The translations under genes were made by a program, and so were the position numbers. A stretch of DNA of 64,000 nt from Eledone cirrhosa (taxonomy: Eukaryota), in contig OZ024745.1 of NCBI GenBank assembly GCA_964016885.1, forward strand, positions 65,906,001-65,970,000, given 5' to 3'. This document shows positions 1 to 12,021 of this stretch, in pieces (within the stretch, counting starts at the first letter, position 1; each line of letters opens with the position of its first letter). The notes under the pieces were generated by a model. That model was not told the origin of the DNA. It saw nothing but the letters and a program-made list of their open reading frames with translations, and ran no database searches.

Positions 1-428
1 ATACCATTCTTAGTAATATGATCCATTATTTCCAAAAATTCTGATTCTTTTATTATTCACACAAAAGCATATAGTTTGTCTCTGTGTAATTGTGAAAATC
101 ATCCGTTTAATCGTCCTTTAGCTATTGACCGATCATGGCAAACTGAACACTGTTCATATAAATCGCATATCCTAAGAACTAAAGAATTCATTAAGTGCAA
201 GTAGGATTAGATATCAAAGGTATATATATATATAGAGAGAGAGGGAAGGAAACTGCGAGAGAGAGAATAAAAAAGAAAGATAGAGTGAAAGATTGACATA
301 TATGCTTGCATATATACATATATACATACATATATACATATATGCATGCAACATACACACATACACACATACATACATACATACATACATACATACATAC
401 ATACATACATACATACATACATACATAC

Positions 429-750
429 AGGAGAAGGAGGACTTCTACGGACCATTGATGAGGAGTTTACAAATCCAGTATCCAAGATACACCTTTAGCT
501 TCATACCCATCATTATTGGAGCTACGGGTTATATACCAACCAGCTTGGACCAAAGTATGACTGAACTTAGATTTGCGGACAAAGAGCGCAGCTCCCTAAT
601 TCATAGTCTACAAATGGCTGCGATAGCTGGCACCTTCAAAATTTGGAAAACATTCTTGCGATTCAAGGGATGACAATTTCTTTTCTTTTACAACCTTGCC
701 ACCAGGAAGGTGGCCGGTCAAAAAAATATGCTCGAAATTATGAGAAAGAG
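429..750 (+). mobile_element. 3' end of an RLE-type (R4/Dong/NeSL-like) non-LTR retrotransposon, 5'-truncated
   Basis: C-terminal part of ORF 293..673 (EKEDFYGPL..IPIIIGATGYIP..LQMAAIAGTFKIWKTFL*) matches the tail of restriction-like endonuclease domains; short 3' UTR; (CATA)n on both sides. Confidence 0.7.
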
Positions 751-1099
751 ATAACATACATACATATACAGAAAAGTTGATTGATAAAAGATATAAGAAA
801 TATCCACCTTTTAATGTTGAAAACAAAATTATAGCAATTTTTGAAAGGTTAAAATTTTAATGTTTTTAATCATTGTTGTATAATACATTGATTCTCAAAA
901 GTTAGTTTAAATTCCTGTTTGTCTACGACATCTCGGTGTGAATGTATGAGGTTTATTAATCATTTGTCATTGGACTTTGGATTTATTAGATATAGTCATA
1001 GAAAATGCATATGTAACATGAGAACACCAACACGTTAGTACAAATATCTATTGTCCAGGGGCCATTAAATCCTGTTTAATACTCGACATTTAACCATCC

Positions 1100-1192
<93 letters not shown>

Positions 1193-2141
1193 GATTAAAA
1201 CATTATTAAAATTGCGAGCCCGTTATTCAACAGAGTACTTTATACTTGGGATAGTAGAGTGTGACTATATTAGAGAGTCGGAGTCCGACGTCTGAGCTCT
1301 AGTTGTTTCGACAGATGAAGACAAATGAACCTAACTACATGCATACATACATACATACATAAATATATATATATGTGAATGTATACATACGAATATATAT
1401 ATATATATATGTATATACATATATAGATATCTACAATCCCATACATATATGTTTATATTTATGCATGTATGTGTATATAGGTCCTGTGGAAAGCACAACT
1501 CTCTTCTGTTGTCTACAATATCATCTACGAATTCATGGACGCCAATGGGATGACAATGAAGAATCAATAAGAGACGACAATTCTCTGTGAAGACGCTGCA
1601 ATCGTCATGTGTGTATTCATACATCTATGTAGGTCTATTTGTCTCTGTCTCTTTCTTTTACGCTTTCAATGGTTTCAGACATTAGACTAAAACTAGTGTA
1701 GTGATCTGCCTTGATTTAATCGATGATATCGACCGCAGTACTAATATTTTCAAGCTGGGGACATATTCATCACATGGCTGTATATAAAAGCAAATAGGAT
1801 ATGTTTATGTTTCCAAAATTATCGAGAGACTCGCTTTGAATTGTTTAAAACTTGTGATCACGTCACACCTATCTCAGTATCAGTGAGAAGTCCAGACAGC
1901 TAATTCTGGATTTTTATCCATCATTGGTTAGATTTTTCTTTTCCAGTCCTAAGCCAAAAATAAACTAAAGCCTATATGATTTTCCCATATAAACTTTCTG
2001 ATGGAAATGGTGCTTTGCAAACAGTCTGACATGACTGGTAGGGGGTAATTAGAAATAACACTAACATAGCATATTTCATCTTTTATTGTTGAACTGCTTC
2101 ATTAAAGTGTAATACACGGAAACAGATAAATATACATATAC

Positions 2142-2201
<60 letters not shown>

Positions 2202-2248
2202 AATGAATAATAACAGGTAGACATCATAAAAAGGTAATTTATTCCGTG

Positions 2249-2360
2249 TGCTTACAAATGTTTCCACAGTGGTACTACAGCCTTGTTATGCTATGTGCAA
2301 ATTTACAAGTATTTGCAGAACTCAAATATCCAATGCTGTGACCACTGTATCCTCAGAGCA
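2249..2360 (-). ncRNA. type I hammerhead ribozyme with extended stem II (pLTR copy 1)
   Basis: minus strand: UGCU-CUGAGGA-UACAGUGGU...ACCACUGUG-GAAAC-AUUU-GUA-AGCA. Confidence 0.75.
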
Positions 2361-2599
2361 GAATGGTAAAATGTACAATGTAAATACCCTTAAGTGGGGA
2401 TGTTGGGGAAGATAGAGTAGAAAAGGAAGAGAGAAAAGTAGGGGGGAGGGAGAGAGAGAGAAAGATATGCAGGGGTTGGAGAAGTAGGAGAGAGTGGTTT
2501 GTAGATATCTTAATCAAAATGTTATATATATATATATATATATATATAAAGAATGAATAATAACAGGTAGACATCATAAAAAAGGTAGTTTATTCCGTG

Positions 2600-2711
2600 T
2601 GCTTACAAGTGTTTCCACGGTGGTACTGCAGCCTAGTTCCGCTACGTGCAAATTCACAAGTATTTGCAGAACTCGAATATCCAATGCTGTGACCACTGTT
2701 TCCTCAGAGCA
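2600..2711 (-). ncRNA. type I hammerhead ribozyme with extended stem II (pLTR copy 2)
   Basis: minus strand: UGCU-CUGAGGA-AACAGUGGU...ACCACCGUG-GAAAC-ACUU-GUA-AGCA. Confidence 0.7.
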
Positions 2712-3203
2712 GAATGGTAAATATACAATGTAAAAACCCTTAAGTGGGGTTGTTGGGGGAAGATAGAGTGGAACAGGAAGAGAGAAAAGTAGGGAAGAAG
2801 GAGAGAGAAGGAAAGATATGCAGGGGTTGGAGAAGTAGGAGAGAGTGGCTTGTAGATATCTTAATCAAAATATTATGGTAGGGATTTTATTAGTTACTTT
2901 TGGAGAGATGCGTAGATAGTTGAGGTCGGAATTATTTATTGCTCCAGGGGGCAGGTTCATAAATGTTGAGAGGGAGGTAGGTCAAAGGTGAGAGATAGAG
3001 AGTGTAATGGATGTAGAGAGAGATATATAGGTAGAGAGGGGACAGATAAATATGTGTGGTGAGTGAACTTTTGGTATTGTAGTAGTATTCTAGGAGTTGT
3101 ACTGAGTTACCATGTATAGTGATAAGCAGTGTATTGTCTTGTAGTGTGGGGGGAAGAGAAGGTTGTTAGCTAGAAAGTGGTGTTGTAGTTACGGGTTCGA
3201 ATG

Positions 3204-4127
3204 TTAAGTTATTTTATAGTGAGAGAATTTAGCTTTTAGTTTGTGGTTGCAGTATAATGATCGTTCAATTCTATCGTTAAGTAGTTTGTTTTTGGATTTT
3301 AGTATGTAAAATAGCTCAAGGTTACATAACCTGCAGTACTTCAAACCACTCCGATATGCATTTGCGCTGGAAAGTATATCCCATTTTAAGGTGAACTGTT
3401 GGTTGTGTTCACGGAGTTGCCAGGTCTTGTTGGCGAGCGTGGTCACAAAACGGTGATTCTGATGTTTGATTGAGAATCGATGACGGTACCAGCGAGATTT
3501 AAACGATGTGGTGGTAGATCCGATATAATACCATTTCTGGTCGTCCGATTCAACCGTGCATTGGTAAACAATGTTGGACTTTAGGCATTCATTCTGCAAT
3601 GGACATCTTTCAGGTAGATGGCAGTTACATGCTTTGTTGTGGGTAGCGGGTATACCATGGATAGGTTGTGATAGCGGTACAGGTGGGTTGTGCAATACCT
3701 GTCTCCCATTTAGTGGTTGGGAGGCAGATATTGCGTTCTGCCCATCTGTTACTAAAATGTTTTGTTTTGTAGAGTTGCTTAATTGCCTTAAGTTAAGTTT
3801 TTTTATGTATGCTTCAAGGTTTGGTGCCGTGGAGTATGATAGTCTAATAGTTTTGGAGTTCAGAATTTTGCTGTACTTATGGGAACTAGGGAAGTGTTTA
3901 TTGATTAATTTAAAGAATGAAAGAGATAGTTTTGTACTAATCGAGGCATTAAAAATAGGATTATACCAGATATATTTTCTACAACGTGATTTATTTGGTG
4001 GTGAGATTCTATTATTAGTATGTCTGGTAGTACAGTGTGTGTGTGCTTGTGTTTTAGAAGGATCAGGAACTAAATTTCTTGAACAATTCTTCCATAACTC
4101 GTAGAGTAACTTCTTACCGTACGTCAA
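3204..4127 (-). pseudogene. PLE linker plus GIY-YIG endonuclease fragment
   Basis: Naiad-type Cys motif and GIY-YIG core; RT domain absent. Confidence 0.85.
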
Positions 4128-4207
4128 CCATATCCAGTGTAGTAATTAACCATCACTACATCTTGGATAATCCTATACCTAATAATCGCCTCCTACACAG
4201 TTGAGCA

Positions 4208-4241
<34 letters not shown>

Positions 4242-4576
4242 TTATATATATATATACATATATATACAGTATATATAGGTTATGTGTGGAGTCATATTCT
4301 AAACGAACTGTACATTACAGTGCCAGCCACCATCATTACGGTACACACAGTTGAAAAATCCATTACAAAATAATGTCCTAAAGATTCAATAAATACTCGA
4401 GACATTCACGAGAGTGGTTAACGGAAACTTTCAATTACTAAGTAAGACATATTCCTAGATGTAGATTAATAAAGAAATATAATTTAGATATACACGCTCC
4501 ACCATAAATATGATGTGGTGTTACAAAGTTACACACACACACACACACAGATATATTTATATATATATATATATAT

Positions 4577-4907
<331 letters not shown>

Positions 4908-4918
4908 ATAGATATATT

Positions 4919-4989
<71 letters not shown>

Positions 4990-5031
4990 CATCTATATAT
5001 ATATATATTTACATCATAATTTGATTTACAA

Positions 5032-5076
5032 TTGATTTACAATTGTTTCACCCTCGTGGGTCTCATCGGATTCAAC
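5032..5076 (-). ncRNA. minimal type I hammerhead-like motif (degenerate)
   Basis: minus strand: UUGAAU-CCGAUGA-G-ACCC acga GGGU-GAAAC-AAUU-GUA-AAUCAA; palindromic stem III. Confidence 0.55.
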
Positions 5077-5167
5077 CATTTTATGAATAAATACCTCAAT
5101 AAGTTCATATTTTCTAACACACGAAATGTCCGTAGATTTTTGTTTACATTTTACGAAACGGCTTAGT

Positions 5168-5217
<50 letters not shown>

Positions 5218-5362
5218 TGGTCGTTTTGGAAGCCTCACCAATGCAGATGGGTAAATCTCCGGGTAACAGAATCAGGTGAAGAGAGAGATGTAAGAGTAAA
5301 TGTAGAATGAGACGTATAGTGTATAGAGGAACGTAGGAAATATATATATTTTTATTAAAATA

Positions 5363-5438
5363 ACAGATTAAAGTTTAAGCAAAGAATTCGTGCTTTCACC
5401 CTTAACAGGATCTTCTGAAACTATGAAAATCAATCTGT
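5363..5438 (-). ncRNA. variant hammerhead (CAGAAGA core) in inverted pLTR
   Basis: same fold as 59106-59181. Confidence 0.6.
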
Positions 5439-5556
5439 GAACGCAGAAGTAAATATTTCGAAAAACGTTGCAACCGAAAGAAGACAGGAAGACGATACTT
5501 AGGTTCGTGAAAACGTTCCCTGGCAATGAACGGAAAAAAGCGAACATAACACGTCG

Positions 5557-5599
<43 letters not shown>

Positions 5600-8526
5600 A
5601 TATAATTATATAAACGTATATAAATATACACTCATAAATACGTATATAGCGCACGCACACACATACATATACATACAGGTAAATACACATATTTTCACCA
5701 AACGAACGTCAACCAAAACACAATGTACACATATACGCACCTTACATACGTGCAAACACGCATACACACATACACTCACAAACACAAAATACACATATAC
5801 ACATAACCACATACACATATACCAGTATATATAAGATAAGATATACACCTATAACAAATACAAACATATATACGTACGCGAAAGTATACGTACCTTCACA
5901 AAACATACGGATAAGATATACTTACCTATGCACATAAGTAATGGTATAAACATAAAATATACTTAGCTACCACATCAAGACGTAAATTATCCGCGTATTA
6001 TTCGTACTATCCGTTAGGGTATAATGTGGGACTGTAATACAGGAACGTTTTATGCACTTTGAAAACGGATTCGTTCCTTAAGAGGTTGCGTTGGCGTGCC
6101 TTTTATTTCGATAACCAGGAAAAAGCGAACATTAAACAGGATGAATTTGGGTTTAAAACTTATAATAACCCTCCGAGTAACCCAACATTGGTACCCTTCG
6201 AAAACGATATTTTGGAACTGATACGGAGTATCAAATTTCGGAATAGGAGCAATTCTTTCCAGAAGGGCCTGAAGAATAGAATTCGTTCTATTAAGGATTC
6301 TAATACCGTGCATGTCCTCTCCGACAAAACTGGCAATCTATATCAAGTGGAGCGCAGTACTTATCATCAACTGCTACATAATGCTGTAATTAAGGATTAC
6401 CGGAAAACCAATCGGAGTGTCATTAATGATATCAACGATGCTGGGTTTAAAATCACTTCTGAACTCAACATCCAGGACCGGACTGAACCTCTGGACCCGA
6501 TTTCTCCCCACTTTATCCTGAAGGATCACAAACCCAATTTCGCAAACAACCCTCTATTCCTCTAATTAATCCTACGAAGTCTGATTTAGGTAGACTTAGT
6601 AAAAGGATTTTAGATAGAATTATACCTGAAATTAGAAGCTTGGCTCTCTTGCACTGTGGAATAATTATTTCGCGGTGATTGCTTGTTTCAATGGCATATG
6701 CAACAAGGAACATTGCCGTTTTATACAATTCGATATCAATAACTACTTCTCCTCCATCACTTTACCACTTCTTCTTAGAGCTATCAATTTCGCTAAAACG
6801 TGGTTAAGGATTTCGAAGTTGATGTCATCCTCAAAGCCCGTAAGCCGGTGATTAATTTTGACGACTCCATTTGGATAAAAATATCTAATAATACCCCATT
6901 CGACGTGAGTATGGGCGCCAGCGATTCGGCGGAGGTTACAGATCTTATCGGCCTTTTCCTTCTTTTCTCTATCAAGGAAGAATTCCCCAATGAAGGCGGT
7001 GGTTTGTACCGCGATGACAGTCTTTTGACCATGGCAAAGTGCGGTCCACACGCCTGCGACGGGTTCAGAAAAGAACTCACAGCCTTTTTTAAAGGCTTCA
7101 ACCACTCCATACAGGTTGAGGCCAACCTGTAGGTCGTTAATTACCTCGATGTTACCCTCCATTTGTCGAATGGCTTGCACTACCCGTATAGAGAGCCGAA
7201 CGATACGCTTAATTACATAAGTAAGCATCCTAACCTTCCTGCCAGTATAACCAAGAATCTGGTAAGAAACGTTTCTTTGAGGCTTTCCCGTCTATCTACA
7301 AACGAGCATATTTTCACCGATCATTCCACATACTACAATGAAGCTCTTGCTCGGAGTGGATTTGTCGATAAGGTAGCATATACTAAGTATGAGCATAGAC
7401 CAAGGAAAAATAAATCCTGACGCATTGTAGGGTATTACCCACCATATAATATGGAGGTGGCCACACCATTAACTAAGATTTTTCTCTCCCTTATTATGAA
7501 GCATTTCCCCTCAGCACATAAATATAATAACATTTTTAATAGAAATACCATTAACACATCTTACTCTACGACTCCTAACCTTGCACATAACATCACAGCT
7601 TCAAATTTAGTTAAATTACCTAGCCGTAGGAACACGTGCAACCCTGTAGCTAGTACTAACTGCAATTGTAGGAATCGGGTGGACTGCCCTCTATCCGAGA
7701 AATGCCTCTCCAGTAACATTGTCTATAAATGTAAGGTCGAAACACCCAGGTTTAGTAGGGCCTAAAAAGGGTTAACCGCCAATAGATTCAAGCAGCGTCT
7801 TTATATGCACACCCATTCTTTTGTTAACCCTTTAAGGAGGAATATGACGTCACTTTCAGCTTATGTCTGGAGTCTAAAAGACAACCACACCCTATATAGG
7901 TTACACTGGGAGATCCTAGCTTAGGCTAGATCGTATAACGGAAATAAAAGATCCTGCGATCTTTGCGCCGCTGAAGCCCTGAAAATACTCTACGCCAATG
8001 ACCGCATCTTAAACAAGAAATCTGAGGCAATTTCGGTTTGTAAACACAAATTGCATAACACTTTACTGTAATACAGCCCCACATTATGCCCTAACGGATA
8101 ATACGAACAATGAGAGGATAAGTTAAGTCTTGATGTGGTAGCTAAGTATATTTTATGTTTATACCATTACATATTTGTATAGGTAAGTATATCTACCCGT
8201 ATGTTTTGTGAAGGTACGTATACTTTCTGTACGTATATATGCTTGTATTTGTTATAGGTGTATATATTATATTATATATACTGGTATATGTGTATATGGT
8301 TATGTGTATATGTGTATTTTGCGTTTGTGTCTGTATGCGTGTATGCTTGTTTGCACGTATGTAATGTGCGTATAAGTGTACTTTGTGTTTTGGTTGACGT
8401 ACGTTATGGGAACCTATGTGTATTTACCTGAATGTATGTGTGTGCGTGCGCTATATACGTATTTATGAGTGTATATTTATATACGTTTATATCATTATAT
8501 GTACACACACACACATACACACATAC

Positions 8527-8585
<59 letters not shown>

Positions 8586-9025
8586 AATATATATATATTT
8601 TAATGTGTATTTGGTGTATACGTTCGTATGTGTGCGGGTACATGTGTCGCGCGGGTTTATGTATGTGTGCGCGTCTTTATGTGCTCGTGCATATATTTGC
8701 ATGCATGGCGGGTGTTTTCGCCTATGCACGATTATGTACGTATATATTGATTTTAATAACCTTTGTCATTTTCGTTCTACTAATTTATTTACATTATCCT
8801 TAACTCTGAAGCCGAGAATCATTCGGTTTCCTAAATAGAATATTAGTCTACAACTTCATTTATACCATAAACGTGGTTTTGTCTTTGCGTGTATTTGTCC
8901 TCAATGTCCACATAATGACGTATGATCTTCGCTTTTTTCTGTTGATTGCCAGGGAACGTTTTCACGAAGAAAAGTATCATCTTCCTTCGGTTGCAACGTT
9001 TTTCGAAATATTTACTTCTGCGTTC

Positions 9026-9101
9026 ACAGATTGATTTTTTTAGTTTCAGATGATCCCTTTAAGGGTGAAAGCAGCGATTCTTTGCTTAAACTTTAATCTG
9101 T
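9026..9101 (+). ncRNA. variant hammerhead (CAGAUGA core) in 3' pLTR
   Basis: ACAGAUUGA..AGUUU-CAGAUGA-UCCC uuuaa GGGU-GAAA-GCA..UGC-UU-AAACU-UUAAUCUGU. Confidence 0.6.
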
Positions 9102-9213
9102 TATTTTAATAAATATTTGCTCTAGGGTTCTTATGCATTTCATATATTTTTATCCTTATCGAGCCCCCTTTGGATTTTAGTCTTCACATTTATTATTATT
9201 ACTATATATATAT

Positions 9214-9410
9214 AAGGGCGGTGGATTGGGAGTATCACTAGAGAGTCGGACGCCATGCTTTCCAGCATAGTTACGTCCCTCAACCGTCTGAGTTCAAATC
9301 CCGCCGAGGTTAACTTTGCCTTTCATCCTTACGGGGTTGATAAAATAAAGTACCAGTAATGTACTGGCTAATTGCTGGCCTTATGCCAAAAGTAGAAACA
9401 ATTATTACTA
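9214..9410 (+). mobile_element. tRNA-derived SINE (octopod-type family)
   Basis: B-box-like GAGTTCAAATCC, conserved body GCCGAGGTTAACTTTGCCTTTCATCCTTACGGGG..GATAAAATAAAGTACCAG, (ATT)n tail; many copies in window. Confidence 0.85.
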
Positions 9411-9581
9411 TACATATATATATATATATGTATATACTAGCAGAATGGCCCGGCGTTGCTCAGGATTTGCTCAAGGGTTCTTATATATTTGATATATATT
9501 TATCCTTATCGAGCCTCGTGAAATAAATACGTTTGATTATATTTTGTTATTGTGTATGCAAAACATCTGTACACGAATATA

Positions 9582-9653
<72 letters not shown>

Positions 9654-9654
<1 letters not shown>

Positions 9655-9690
9655 TGACAAGCCCAAACTGGGCGAAACGTACGTAGGTGG
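9654..9690 (+). ncRNA. minimal hammerhead remnant with U3-A8 core, 5' strand of stem I replaced by (TA)n
   Basis: UUGACAA-GCCCA aac UGGGC-GAAAC-GUAC-GUA-GGUGG. Confidence 0.6.
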
Positions 9691-9747
9691 TGTTTTAAAT
9701 AAACATGTTTTAACGGTCTATTCTCCCATTTCTTACTTTTCTACGTA

Positions 9748-9836
<89 letters not shown>

Positions 9837-10083
9837 GACGGGACGGGTAGCAGTAAACTATGGTACAGGCCTAGATGGGTCATTGTTTGGCTGAGAGGAT
9901 GAACTGACTAAGCGAATTTCGTTGATATCTGCGGTAGCTAATGGTCAACTTCCTTCGGACATGCGCCTGCGCAGACCGGTGTGGGTGAATTGGTACTCAC
10001 AGAGGAACGGATGAAGAACCCAAAAGCACACACTGTCGATTCAACTTGGATTGCCTCGGAAATTTAACCTTATTATGTAACAA

Positions 10084-10157
10084 GCTGTCTGATGATGTCA
10101 CGACACTCGCACACAGAACACTGTGGCCAGTGTTGTCATTGAAATATATATCCCAGC
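10084..10157 (+). ncRNA. type I hammerhead with extended stem II
   Basis: GCUGU-CUGAUGA-UGUCACGACACU..(CACAG aaca CUGUG)..AGUGUUGUCAUU-GAAA-UAUAUA-UC-CCAGC. Confidence 0.7.
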
Positions 10158-10159
10158 AT

Positions 10160-10272
10160 ATCCCGCCGAGGTTAACTTTGCCTTTCATCCTTACGGGGTC
10201 GATAAAATAAAGTACCAGTAATACACTGGGTAATTGCTGGCCTTGTGTCTAACGTAGAAACAATTATTATTA
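10160..10272 (+). mobile_element. 5'-truncated tRNA-SINE copy
   Basis: matches the body of 9214-9410. Confidence 0.8.
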
Positions 10273-10308
10273 AAGAACTTAAACATCTGAAACTACTTCG
10301 CTTTTACT

Positions 10309-10437
<129 letters not shown>

Positions 10438-10661
10438 TCATATCTTATTAGTTGTTTGAACCGAATAGCTTGTTCACTTCTATGGCTTTGGCGGTTAATG
10501 GTTTAACCATCGTCTCAGTGTGTTTGGCCTTTTGACGTTGTTGCTCTAGTTCACTCGTTTCTATGGAGCGCTTGCCACACATTTCTGAATTTGTTTTTCG
10601 ATAATTTCCAATAGCCGAAATGCGATTCTGGCTATTTTATATTTGTATTTATATATATATA

Positions 10662-10778
10662 TATTAAAATAATAGATTAAAGTTTAAGCAAAGAATCGCT
10701 GCTTAACGGGATCTTCTGAAACTAATAAAAAACAACCTGTGAACGCAGAAGTAAATATTACGAAAAACGTTACACACT
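10662..10778 (-). mobile_element. solo pLTR fragment of Naiad family A (internally deleted HHR)
   Basis: reverse complement of the pLTR 3' end; TTCACCC missing. Confidence 0.75.
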
Positions 10779-10836
10779 ATATATATCTATATATATATAT
10801 ACACACACAATATATATACATATATACACACACACG

Positions 10837-10990
10837 AAGGCGCATGGCTTAGTGGTTAAAGCATTATGATTGCAATCGAAAGCTTGTGAGTTCAATTCTC
10901 GGACCGGTTGATGTGTTGTTTCCTTGAGCAAGACACTTTATTTCATGTTGCTCCAGTTTATTCAGCTGAAAATGAGTACCAGCAATAGCT
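10837..10990 (+). mobile_element. second tRNA-derived SINE family (CORE-like body)
   Basis: A-box TGGCTTAGTGG, B-box GAGTTCAATTC, body CCTTGAGCAAGACACTTTA..TTGCTCCAG..AAAATGAGTACC. Confidence 0.7.
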
Positions 10991-11079
10991 GGAAAGACTA
11001 AGAATTATAAAGAGAGATCGCTAAATCGTCTAATGCTGTCCCTAGGGCATTGGCAATTTTAGATATAGAGATATAGATA

Positions 11080-11295
11080 TCTCTATATCTAAAACAGAGA
11101 ATGCCTGTGTCTGTCTGTATGTCTGTCTGACTCCCAAAAACTCGAGAACCACCAAACCGATTGTTTTCAAACTTTACACCTGTAATACTTATGATCCTGT
11201 GAGTGTTTTGAGCAAAAATTATTTCCCATTTCCAATGTCCTATGGACCGCATTAGGCGATTTAGCGATCTCTCTCTATAATTCTTAGTCTTTCTT
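11080..11295 (+). mobile_element. non-autonomous Helitron-like 5' portion; its end is also present inverted at about 10994-11053
   Basis: TCTCTATAT start followed by (GTCT)n and ACCGATT..AAACTT pattern typical of small Helitrons. Confidence 0.45.
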
Positions 11296-11412
11296 TTTAG
11301 ATAGATACATAGCTATAACGTTGCGCCTTTATAATATCTGTCTCTCTGGTTGTCTGCATTACGACATTATGACGCTATATGTGTGTGTATAGATATATAT
11401 ACACACACACAT

Positions 11413-11532
11413 GTGTAACTTTTTTCGAAATATTTACTTCTGCGTTCACAGATTGATTTTTTTAGTTTCAGAAGATCCCGTTAAGGGTGAAAAAACACAT
11501 TGTTTGCTTAAACTTTAATCTCTCATTTTAAT
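11413..11532 (+). mobile_element. solo pLTR fragment of Naiad family A
   Basis: contains TAGTTTCAGAAGATCCCGTTAAGGGTGAAA..TGCTTAAACTTTAATC. Confidence 0.75.
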
Positions 11533-11785
11533 ATATATATATAATTATATATATATATAATATATATATATAATTATATATTTGTGTACAGATATTTTTT
11601 CATACACAATAACAAAATATAAACAAAAGTATTTATTTCGCGATAAAGTGTTGATTTTCTTAGCACCGAAAAAAGCCCTGGTAATCTACGACGAATTTAT
11701 TTTATAAGCGCAAAATGTAGACACCATCCTGGGGCCGAGGTATTCAGTACTTCTCTACTGTTTCAGAAAGGAGGGATAAACATGC

Positions 11786-12021
<236 letters not shown>

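Larger units (their letters stand above)
2180..4130 (-). mobile_element. 5'-truncated Naiad-type Penelope-like element (family B) with partially tandem pLTR
   Basis: ORF 3204..4127 has WYNP, IRLSYS, CNCx5CPL..CL, NIVY..YYIG, CxxC (PLE GIY-YIG); 351-bp direct duplication (about 2180-2525 and 2530-2875) at the 3' end, each copy abutting (TA)n. Confidence 0.85.
5345..9212 (+). mobile_element. decayed Naiad-type PLE (family A, same as 58925-62450) with inverted 3'-end copy upstream
   Basis: ORF pieces 6059..6565, 6800..7132 (YRDD), 7163..7420, 7451..7765 are collinear with ORF 59326..61455 but broken by stops and frameshifts; 5345-6048 is the reverse complement of the ORF end, 3' UTR and pLTR. 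Confidence 0.93.

Noticed and set aside
191-485. ORFs of YI/VC/HT/MYVC repeats here and throughout the ORF track
   Set aside because: They are translations of (TA)n, (CA)n and (CATA)n microsatellites, not genes.
1481-1610. Exon-like GC-richer patch after an AG
   Set aside because: Stops in all plus frames nearby, no donor and no recognisable homology; possibly a LINE scrap.
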